From positions 26,848,001 through 26,912,000 of the forward strand of contig NC_086108.1 of assembly GCF_963921235.1 (NCBI RefSeq): a DNA stretch of 64,000 bases, written 5' to 3'. A model generated the notes under the pieces. That model saw only the letters and a list, made by a program, of their open reading frames with translations, ran no database searches and was not told where the DNA came from. This DNA is from Mobula hypostoma (taxonomy: Eukaryota). The position numbers were made by a program, and so were the translations under genes. Positions 11,322 through 21,359 of this stretch are shown here, one piece after another (position 1 is the first letter of the stretch; each line of letters begins with the position of its first letter).

Positions 11322-13337
11322 AGTAACACACAAAAATGTTGAAGGAACTCAACAGGTCAGGCAGCATCTATGGGCTCCCTTCATCAGGACAGGAAAAGAA
11401 GGAGAAATGACCCAGAAGATGAAGGTGGGGGGGAGGGAATGAACTACAAAGAGTAATGTGACTGGTGAATCAAGGAGGGTGGGGAGTGGTGAAGTAGGAA
11501 GCTGAGAAGTGATAGATGGATAAAGTAAAGGGCTGAGGGGAAAGGAAACTGATAGGAGAGGAGAGTGAAACACTGGAGAAAGAGAAGGAGGAGGGACTCC
11601 AGAGGGAGATGATAGGTAGGGGAGGAGAAAAGGAAGGGTAGGAGAAGAGTCAGAATGGGGAATAGAAGAGGAAATAAGGCAGAGAGGGAGAAATTACTGG
11701 AAGCTGGAGAAATCAATGTTCGTGCCATCAAGTTGGAGGCTACTCAGATGGAAGAAGAGGTGTTGTTCCTTCAACATGTGAGTGGCCTTACATGGATCAA
11801 CATGTCAGAATGGGAATGGGGAGTGGAATTAAAATCCTCCTTGTTGCAGACAGGGTGAAGCTGCTTGTGAAAGTGTTCCCCTGGTCTACATGTGCTCTCA
11901 CTGACATAGAGGATACCGCATCAGGAACCCTGGATATTGTAAATGACGCCAACAGACTGGCAAGTGAAGTCTTGCCTCACTCGAAGGGATGTTTGAGGCC
12001 CTGAATGGTGGTGAGAGAGGAGGTGTAGTACTTGTGCTGCTTTCAGGGGTAGGTGGCAGGAGAGGGGTCAGTAGGGAGGACAAATGGACAAGGGAATCAT
12101 GGAGAGGGTGAACCCTGTGGAAAGCAGAGAGTGGGGGAAGGTAAAGTAGTGCTTGGTGGTAGGATCCAATTGAAAATGATGCAAGTTGCAGAGAATGATG
12201 TGCTGGATGCAGCACCTCATGATTGTGGTAGGTAAGGACAAGAGGAACTCCATCCGTGTTAAGGCGGTAGGAAAATGAGGTGATCTCGGATGTGCAGAAA
12301 ATGGAGGAAATGCAGATAAGGGCAGCATCAATGGTAAAGGAATGGAAATCCCATTCTTTGAAGAAGGACATCTCAGATGTTCCAGAAAGAAAAGCAGCAC
12401 AGAGGCAGCAGAAATGGAGGAACTGAGAAAAGGGAATGGCATTTTTACAAGTGACAGTGTGGGAAGGAATATTTTCAAGATAGTTGTGAGAGTCAGTAGG
12501 TTTATAAAAGATCTCAGTAGGCAGTCTTTCTCCAGAGATTGAGCCAGAGAGATTGAGAAGTGGGAGAGATGGACCAAGTGAACAAGGGCAGGGTAGAAAT
12601 TGGAGGCCCAGTTAATGAAATAGATGAGCTCTGCATGGGTGCATGAAGTGGCACTAATGCAGTCATCAGTGCAGCAAAAAAGAATTGGGGGCATTACCTG
12701 GGAAGGGTTAGAACATGGACTGTTCTACATAGCCAGTAAAAAAAGCAGGCGCGGCTGGGTCACATGAAGATGCACATGGGTACACATTGGATTCAGAGCT
12801 AAAAGAGAAACTGTTGAGAGAGAGGACCAGTTTCACCAGGCGGAGGAAGGTTGTGTTGAATGGGAATTGATGAGGTCTTTTGCCTTGAAAGAACTTGAGA
12901 GCTTTAAGGTCTTTTTGATGAGTTATAGAAGTGTATAGGGACTGGACATACATAATGAAAATGAAGCGATCAGGGCCATGGAACTGGAAGTTGTTGAAGA
13001 GGTTGAGAACATCTGAAGTGTCATGGATGTAGTAGGAAGGGACTGAACTAAGGGGGATAAATGGACTTATATGGACACAACTTTAGTGGACAGGAGCAGA
13101 CAGAAACAATGGGCCTAACTGGTCAGTCAGGTTTGTGGATCTTGAGTAGGGGATAGAAATGAACAGTGTGGAGCAAAGAAACTATGGGGGTGGCGGCAGT
13201 GGATGGGAGGTCTCCAGATTTGATAAGGTTGGTGATGGTATGGGAGGCAATGGCCTGAGTGGGTCCTCTTCAAAGGTAAGTAAGTGGAGGAGTCTAAGAG
13301 TTGCCACCTGGTACTAACAAGATAGAGGTCAGGACCA
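11322..13337 (-). mobile_element. Penelope-like element (RT plus GIY-YIG), decayed and 5'-truncated
   Basis: ORF pieces YVQSLYTSITHQKDLKALKFF, CCTDDCISATSCTHAEL (YIDD region) and VPLVLTYH. The 3' part is homologous to the GIY-YIG region and pyrimidine-rich UTR of 33021-33815. The hammerhead motif is partly deleted at ~11372-11392. Confidence 0.85.
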
Positions 13338-14254
13338 CTTTGTTGAGCCAATTCTGAATCCACGAAGCTAAGTTCCCAGCAACTTATGCCTCTAAAATTT
13401 CTGAAAGCCTTACTAAAATCCATATACACTACATCCACCACTCTATCTTTTGCTTTGTCTTCCTCAAAAAAATCATTTGGACTCGTAAGCCATGACCTGT
13501 CCCTCAAAAATCCATGCTGGCTATTCCTAATCAGACGATGTTTCTCCAAATGCTCATAAATCCTGTCTCTAAGAATCGTTCCAATTGTTTTCCCAACACT
13601 AATGCAAGTCTCACTGGTCTATAATTTCTAGGACTATCCCTCTTACCTTTCTTAAACCAAGAAAAAACATTTGCCACCTTCCTATCTCCAGGACCTATTC
13701 CTGAGACTAGAGAGGACACAATAGTCATCAGCAACAGTGCCGCAATCCTTTCTCTCACTTCCTGTACTAACATCAGTATGTATCATCCAGCCCCAGAGAC
13801 TTATCTATCCTAATGTTTTTCAAAATTTCCAACACTACCTTTTTCTTAACCTTGATGTATTCCAGCACATTAGCCTATTCTTCATGTGCATGTAGAATGC
13901 CTTGGGGGTTTCCCTAATCCTAATTGTCATGGCCTTCACAGGTCCCCTTCTAGCTCTCCTGTCTATTTTTAAACTCAAGAGCCCTGTCTGAATTTTGCTT
14001 CCTTAACCTTTAGTATGTTTCCTTCTCCCTCTTGGCTAAATGTTCCACCTCTCTTGTTAACCATAGTTCCTTCACCTTACAATAATTTTTCCTGCCTCAG
14101 AGGGACAAACCTATTTAGAAACGCATGCAAGTATGTCCCAAACAATCCCCATAATTTCATTGTTCTTTTCCCTGAGAACATCTGTTCTCAATTTAAGCTT
14201 CCAAGTTCCAACCTAGTACCATTATAATTAGCCCTCCCCAATTAAATATTTTAG

Positions 14255-14585
14255 GACATAGAACATAGAAATCTACAGCACATCACAGGTCCTTCGGCCC
14301 ACAATGCTGTGTGGTAGGGAACCTACTCCAGAAGCTGCCAAGAATTTCCCTACCACATAGCCCACTAATTTTCTAAGCTCCATGTACCTATCCAAGAGAC
14401 TCTTAAAAGACTCTATTGTATCCACCTCCACTAACGTCACTGGCAGTGCATTCCACGCACCCACCAATCACTCTGAAAAACTTACCTCTGACATCCCTTG
14501 TATCTACTTCCAAGCACCTTAAAACTATGCCCCCTCGTGTTAGCCATTTCAGCCCTGGGGAAAAAGCCTCTGGCTATCTACACCT
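14255..14585 (-). mobile_element. Young CR1 3'-end fragment
   Basis: (CATAGAA)n tail. ORF VGAWNALPVTLVEVDTIESFKSLLDRYM is the CR1 ORF2 C-terminus. Confidence 0.85.
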
Positions 14586-14701
14586 CCTATTTTGTCCAAG
14601 GCTATGCTAAAGGTCAGGGTTGCTGTCACTGTCTTCCCAATGAGAGAACTATCACTTGACCAGTTTCATTGCCATGTTCCAGATCCAGTATGGTCCCTCT
14701 T

Positions 14702-16029
14702 TGTCATGGTCCGGATCGGGGCCCCTTTAAATTTAACTTGTTTATGTTACGATCCGGACTGTTGATTCCCTGTTTTCCCGTGTCTCTCGACTTTGGTGAT
14801 TAGAGGCAATTAACACTCGGCTGAACTAGTAGTTTATAGTCTCCGGCTCTCAGCTGTTCGGTGCGGGAGCGTCTGCAAAGTCATCCAAGGTACAGTGTAC
14901 CGATGTCATCTGGCCGGAGCAAGCCTAGTCTCTGCCCGAAGCGAGTGCCGGTAATTCACCTTTCCTTACTGGAACAACCCTGTCCAGTTACCTCGCCAAA
15001 GCGAGCCTGTAAAGTTTCTTTACCGAGGTGGGTCTGTCAGTTAACTCGCCGGAGGGAATCAAGAACCGCTGTCTGCTGTTCCCGGGCCGAGTTGAGAGCT
15101 CGCCACTACCCGGAGGCTCCAAGTCAAGTCCTGGCTCCGGGGGCATTCAAGTACCAAGTCAAGTCCTGGCTCTGGGGGCATTCAAGCACCAAGTCAAATC
15201 CTGGTCCTGGCGGCTTCTGAGTTCTGAGTCAAGTCCTGGCCCTGGCGGTCTGTGATTCCTGTCCTTCCCCCTGTCTGAGTCCCTTCTCTGCCCCTCTCGC
15301 CTCTAGTCCTCATCTGCAGCCCTCGCCTGCCCTTCAGTCTAGTTCTATCGCCGGAGCTAGATAGGTATTGTCTGGTGTGCTTTCATTTTGGTCTTGTCCT
15401 GTCCTCGCCTCCGTGGGGTAAGTCTGGCCATTTTGCCGTTGCCCCGCGGAGAGTCACGTTTTGTCTCGTCTTGTCCTCGCCTCCGTGGGGTAAGTCAGGC
15501 CATCTTGCCGTTGCCCCGCGGAGGGTCATGAGTCCCGGCCCTATGTCCTGTACCCAAGGAGGGGTCCCGGCTCTCTGTTCTGTGTGTGAGTCCTGGCCCT
15601 ATCTCCTGTACCCAAGGAGGGGTCCTGACTCTGTGTTCTGTGTTTGTGTCCATGGTTCCATGTACCTGCTCCCTGAGACCGAGGCTCTGTGTTCCCATGT
15701 TCCTCCTCTCCCTAGCCCATGTCATGCCCTTGCCTGGTTCTGGGGTCTGATCCCGAGGCAAGACCCAGGTACTGGGTCCTTGCCCAGTCTCTGGCTCGGA
15801 GTCCATACCCTAGCCTCTTCATGTCTCTTCTAGTTCTGGGAGCTGATTCCGAGTCCAAGCCAGACCCTTGGTCCCAGCCGAGTTGTAGTCCTGAGTCCTA
15901 GTCCAGTTCGTTATTTCCTGCTCCTGCCTTGCTCTCCTGTATTGAACAATAAACTAAATCTATGTAACTTCACAAGATGTGTCTTGCATTTGGGTCCACC
16001 CTTGCTCCCAAAGCCCCGCCCCTATGACA
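14702..16029 (+). repeat. 5' LTR (1328 bp) with internal minisatellites
   Basis: Direct repeat of 16215-17545. TATA-like TTTATA at 14833-14838 and AATAAA near 15948. Confidence 0.9.
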
Positions 16030-16214
16030 GAACGCTTCCGCCAAACATGGACCCAGCAGACACAAACTGCTTTTTCCAAACACTTTTCAGCCTGAAAGTT
16101 AAGGGGTTGTTGTTCTGTTTTGCCCGCCGTCCAAATTCCCCCCACCTACCCGGGTCATCGATAATACAGGCAAATCTGTTGTTCGCCTGGAGGCTCCCAT
16201 TGGGAGGGGGACAC

Positions 16215-17545
16215 TGTCATGGTCCGGATCAGGGTCCTTTTAAATTTAACTTGTTTATGTTATGATCCGGACCGTTGATTCCCTGTTTTCCCATGTACCT
16301 CGACTTTGGTGATAAGAGGCAATTAACACTTGGCTGAACCAGTAGTTTATAGTCTCCGGCTTTCAGCCGTTCGGTGCGGGAGCGTCTGCAAAGTCATCCA
16401 AGGTACAGTGTGCCAATGTCATCTGGCTAGAACAAGCCTAGTCTCTGTCAAAGCGAGTGCCGTTAATTCACCTCTCCTCACCGGAGCAACCATGTCCAGT
16501 TACCTTGCCAAAACGAGCCTACAAAGTTTCCTTACCGAGGTGGGTCCGTCAGTTGACCCGCTGGAGGGAATCAAGAACTGCTGTCTACTGTTCCTGGGCT
16601 GAGTCGAGAGCTCGCCACTACCCAAAGGCTCCAAGTCAAGTCCTGGCTCCGGGGGCATTCAAGCACCAAGTCAAGTCCTTTCTCTGGTGGCATTCAAGTT
16701 CCAAGTCAAGTCCTGGCTCCGGCGGCATTCAAGCACCAAGTCAAGTCCTGACTCTGGCGACATTCAAGCACCAAGTCAAGTCCTGTCCCTGGCAGCTTCC
16801 CAGTTCTGAGTCAAGTCCTGGCCCTGGTGGTCTGTGATTCCTGTCCTACCCCCCTGTCTGAATCCCTTCTCTGCCCCTCTCGCCTCTAGCCCTCATCTGC
16901 AGCCCCCACCTGCCCTTCGGTCTAGTTCTATCACCGGAGCTATATAGGTATTGTCTGGTGTGCTTTCTTGTTGGACTTGTCCTGTCCTCGCCTCCGTGGG
17001 GTAATTCTGGCCGTCTTGCTGTTGCCCCGCGGAGAGTCATGTCTTGTCTCGTCTTGTCCTTGCCTCCGTGGGGTAAGTCAGGCCATCTTGCCGTTGCCCC
17101 ACGGGGGCTCATGAGTCTCGGCCCTATGTCCTGTACCCAAGGAGGGGTCCCGACTCTGTGTTCTGTGTTTGTGTCCATGGTTCCATGTACCTGCTCCCCC
17201 AGACCGAGGCTCTGTGTTCCCATGTTCCTCCTCTCCCTAGCCCATGTCATGTCCTTGCCTGGTTCCGGGATCCAAGCCCGAGGCAAGACCCAGGTACTGG
17301 GTCCTTGCCCAGTCTCAGGCTCGGAGTCCATACCCTAGCCTCTTCATGTTCTGGGAGCCGATTCCGAGTCCAAGCCCAGACCCTTGGTCCCAGCCTAGTC
17401 GTAGTCCTGAGTCCTTGTCCAGTTTGCTATTTCCTGCTCCTGCCTTGCTCTCCTGTATCGAACAATAAACTAAATCTAAGTAACTTCACAAGATGTGTCT
17501 TGCATTTGGGTCCACCCTTGCTCCCAAAGCCCCACCATTGTGACA
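16215..17545 (+). repeat. 3' LTR (1331 bp) with internal minisatellites
   Basis: Direct repeat of 14702-16029. Six ~35-bp CCAAGTCAAGTCCTGGC units from ~16631. Confidence 0.9.
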
Positions 17546-18465
17546 CTTCTCCAGTTGGCTTAACCACATATTATATCAAGAATCCTTTCTGGACACACCT
17601 AATAAGTTCTTCCCCCTTTAAACCTCTTGCTTTAAGGAGGTATTAATCAACATTAGGAAATTTGATGTCACCATAACTACTACATTGTTATTTCTGCACT
17701 TTTCCAAATTCTGCCTTCTGATGTTCTTCAGTATCCCTGTGGCGACTGGGGGCGTATAGAAAACTCCCAATTGAGTGATTGATCCCTCCCTGTCCCTTTG
17801 AAATATCTAAACTCTGGAACATGCAGCAGCCAATCCACGTCTCTGTAAGTCATCGTATTTCTGAGTACTGATCCATGCTCTAATTTCATCAGCCTTGTTC
17901 CTGATACTTCTCACGTTAAAGTAAACACATCTTAAAACCACCTAATTGACTGTTTTTATGCCCTACCCACGGCCCATCCTTCCTCTACATCTCTCTGTAT
18001 ATTGCATCTATCTTTACACCGACTGCTCTATCATCTGACCTATCTCTCTGGTTTCATTCTCCTGACAACCCATCTTAAACCCACCCCAATGGCTCAAGCA
18101 AACCTGCCTGCAAGGATATTGTTCCCCATGGATTTCAGATGTACCCCATCCTTTTTGTATCTTTCCCAAAAGAAATCCCAGTGGTTCCAAAATCTGAAAC
18201 CCTACCACCTGCACCATTTCTTCAGCCACACATTCACTTGTTATTTCATTCTGTTCTTATCCTGACAGGCATGGGGCACAGGCAGCAATCCAGAGATGAC
18301 CACCTTCAAGGTGCTACATTTTAAATTCCTACTTAGTTCCCTACTCTTCAGGACCTCATCCTAAGTCATTGTTACCAATATGTACCACCATTTCTGTCTG
18401 CACTCCTTAACAATGCTGTGGACTCAGTCTGAGATGACCCTGACCCTGGCACCTGGAGGCACATA

Positions 18466-19068
18466 CAGTGCCTTGTATGCCTGACCTAGGCAGTATGGTT
18501 GCGGCTTCATATTTTTTCCACTTTTTAGAATAAACAAACTGAACTCAGAGGTACGTTCAGTGCTTTTGAGATTGTGTTGTACCCTTCCCCAGATTTGTGC
18601 TTCTCTATTATAATTTCATTGACTTGTTAATGACATAATATTTTCTCTATTATAATTTCAATGCTCTTTTGTCTTCATTTTGGTTTGGTCTGTTGAATTA
18701 TCTACCACACTGTTTGACCTTACAGAGAGAGGGGATATTTATTTTTTATGAATTCATTGAAACCAGGTGATCCTCCGATTTTCTATATCAACAAATTGGG
18801 AGAGTTGGTAAGGTTAATACTGTTTGTTGCATCTGGGGAAAGTTAGCGTAGGTGCAAAGGAGATGAATGCTTTTTCTGCCTCAACGTTTTGGTTTTTAGT
18901 TAGAATAAATTGCTGATGGGGTTTGGAATTTTTCTTTTGATTTGATATAATGCACAATGTTTTGTAGATTAGCTCAAATGAATTCGACTTCAATAATTTT
19001 AAACTTAGAAAATGAAACAGTAACATTTGAAAACAGTTGTTGGGGCTGAATACTTTTTCAAGGCATTA
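18466..19068 (+). mobile_element. Tc1-family DNA transposon remnant (no transposase)
   Basis: TA|CAGTGCCTTG at the left end and GGGGCTGAATACTTTTTCAAGGCATTA|TA at the right end (Tc1-type TIR). It is inserted at a TA within CR1 ORF1, which resumes CCATCCGGGA. Confidence 0.75.
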
Positions 19069-19495
19069 TACCATCCGGGAATCTCTTTCAATAGAATCAC
19101 CTGCCTGTTCCCCTAACTACTGAATCCCCTATTACCAGCAGTCTCCTCTTCTCTCCCTTTCGCTTCTGAGCAACAAAGCCAATATCAATGCCAGAAATCC
19201 GGCTACTGAAGCTTTTCCTTCATAGTTCACCACCAATCCCCTCCCTCCCCCAGCCAACAGTATCAGTGTACTTGTTATTGATGGGAATGTCCACAGATAT
19301 AGAACATAGAACATTACAGCACAGCGCAGGCCCTTTGGCTGAACTTTTAACTTAAAAAGATTTTACTCTAGGTTCTCCAGCTTTCTTTCACATTCTAAAG
19401 AAGTACAGGTTTGTGTCCTTGGACGGTGCTGGTTATTGATGCGAACAATGTATTTCATCGAACGTTTCAATGTACAACTAAATAAAGCTAATCTT

Positions 19496-19767
19496 TACAT
19501 AAAGAAGAGAAAATCTGTAGGTGCTGGAAATCCAAGCAACACACACAAAACACTGGAGAAACTCAGCAGGCCAGCCAGCATCTATGGAAAAGAGTACAGT
19601 CAACATTTTGGGCTGAAACCCTTGAGCAGGACTTGAGAAAAAAAGATGAGAAGTAGATTTCATCTCATCTATTCCTTATCTTTTTTGCTCCAGTCCTGCT
19701 GAAGGGTTTCAGCCAGAAATGTTGACACTACTTCTGCTGAGTTCCTCTAGCATTTTGTATGTGTTGC
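19496..19767. mobile_element. Palindromic mini-insertion of two inverted Penelope 3' termini, each with a degenerate hammerhead motif
   Basis: Arms 19598-19633 (-) and 19692-19726 (+) both read AGTCCTGCT(G/C)AAGGGTTTCAGCC..AAATGTTGAC. A 12-bp flanking duplication AAAGCTAATCTT sits at 19484-19495 and 19768-19779. Confidence 0.82.
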
Positions 19768-20299
19768 AAAGCTAATCTTGAAATTGTTAACTGGGGTCTG
19801 CAAGAGGTACAATCCACAAACCTGCTAAGCAGAAATGATCAGCATGCAAGCAAGGCTTAGGTGGGATTTTCACACCAATCCTGAAGGCCAGTGCAAGAGC
19901 TGTTCACATTAGCAGCATGTCAGGCAACAAACCCAGCCTTGTAAAGGAACAATACAGACTGAACAAGAAATTACAAAATAATACAGCAGGTTATTGGAGC
20001 CTGAAGCTTGCCAGCACTGAATCTGCGCCTCTGTTCAGAACTGGTGTCAGATGCACCACATGCTTTTCTAAGAAGATTGGTGAGCAGTGAGCAGTTAGTA
20101 ATGACAAGAAAAATGAGGTAGGAAATACTTAACCATCAGCACTGTACAAACACCAGCATGCAACCAATGCCTGCCATTTGCACTAGACAAAAACCTGGCA
20201 CCACTTACAAACATAAGAGACAAGGTTTTAAACATATATGGGAACACTGAAATAATCCAATGATTAAATGCAAGAATTTTGTAGTTCTGATCTGTTCCC

Positions 20300-20660
20300 T
20301 TTGCCTCTCCTGACAGTCACTCAGCTACTTGCCTCATACAACTTAGATGTGACTCGCTCCCTGTAGCTCCTATCTATTAACTCCTCACTGTCCCAAATGT
20401 ACCAGAAATCATCCAGCTCCGGTTCCCTTAAGAGGTCTGCAAGAATCTGTGACCAGATGTACTTATTGCACGTGTCAGGGTCATTGGAAGTCACCCTGAC
20501 TTCCCACATCATGCAAAAAAAAAGTACATCACTGCACTGGGTTCCATTCACACTGCCCTACCTGTGCAACGATAAAGAGAAAGTTAGCAGAAACTCACCA
20601 TAGCCTCTGGCTCTGCCTGCCAAAGCTTCTTGAGACAAAACCTCAACTCCCAAGTTCATT
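20300..20660 (-). mobile_element. CR1 ORF1 N-terminal (zinc finger/leucine zipper) and 5' UTR fragment
   Basis: ORF 20321..20551 CMMWEVR...PDTCNK...LLREPELDD...IDRSYRERVT matches the CR1 ORF1 N-terminus. Confidence 0.7.
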
Positions 20661-21164
20661 CCCATCACAGTTTTGAAAGGATGTCCTTTCACTCTAAGGC
20701 TGTAGTTTTGGATCCTAGACTCTTCAGCTAATGGAAACTATCTACTTGCTTATGACAACACCATCCTCGTCACCAGGTTTGGTGACAATATAGTTGATGA
20801 CCCTTAGAGTGCTGCATGTTTTAAAGGGCAGGTTGGATGAATTAAATGCAATGCAGAGTCAAACTAGATTTATGCTTCACTACCTCAAAGGCTATCTTAT
20901 CCATCTTAAAGCATACACTGATTATAGTCTAGCCAAGACTTTTAGAGCCATCGACAGACCTCTCCCACTTGTTATACCTGCCCTCTAGATCCCATTAAAT
21001 ACTGTATTTCAAGTATTTCTAACTCTGTCCTTGAAGTGTTAATGCTTACCATGAAATAACCTTCAACTGATTTATGCTTTCCAAACAACGACTCAAAAAA
21101 ATAACATGCACAATGACAGCAACATCTATTTTAATAAAACAAAAATCCTGCAGGGTATTTAATT

Positions 21165-21358
21165 CACCGCTGCAGATGGCTGTGGAGGCCAAGTAATTGG
21201 GTATATTTAAAGCAATTAGTTAGGGTGACAAAGGTTACCAGGAGAAGGCAGGAGAATAGGGTGAGAGAGATAATAAATCAGCCATGATTGAATGACAGGC
21301 CAGATCAGATGGGCTGAATATCCTAATTCTCTGCTCCTATGGCGTGTAGTCTTATGGC
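21165..21358 (+). mobile_element. CR1 3'-end fragment
   Basis: GCTGTGGAGGCCAAG...ATATTTAAAGCA...GATGGGCTGAAT...CTGCTCCTATG...CTTATGG is CR1 3' end and UTR sequence. Confidence 0.7.
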
Positions 21359-21359
21359 A

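Larger units (their letters stand above)
14702..17545 (+). mobile_element. Non-autonomous LTR retrotransposon derived from a sushi/Tf1-type chromovirus: two ~1.33-kb LTRs and a 185-bp internal region
   Basis: TGTCA...TGACA direct repeats at 14702-16029 and 16215-17545. The internal part has the gag start ATGGACCCAGCAGAC (MDPAD, 16047) and a PPT GGGAGGGGG (16202-16210). The flanking TSD is imperfect (CCTCTT vs CTTCT). Confidence 0.88.
13338..19295 (-). mobile_element. Old CR1 LINE (ORF1 esterase, endonuclease, 5' RT) interrupted by three younger insertions
   Basis: RT N-terminus SQHGFLRDRSWLT...[11 protein letters not shown] and ANVFSWFKKGKRDSPRNYRPV. ORF1 SGNH-esterase motif VIGDSVVRG near 19120-19140 on minus. 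The sequence resumes colinearly after the inserts at 14255-14585, 14702-17545 and 18466-19068. Confidence 0.8.

Noticed and set aside
11372..11392. CTGATGA hammerhead core on minus in the large PLE
   Set aside because: The GAAAC half and cleavage site are deleted in this copy, so it is not called a ribozyme.
15119..16835. ~35-bp direct repeats resembling a CRISPR array
   Set aside because: The units are head-to-tail with no unique spacers, they lie inside LTRs, no cas genes are present, and the DNA is vertebrate.
14861..17646. Many 100-160 aa ORFs on both strands
   Set aside because: They lie within GC-rich repetitive LTRs, have no protein motifs, and their frames differ between the two LTR copies.
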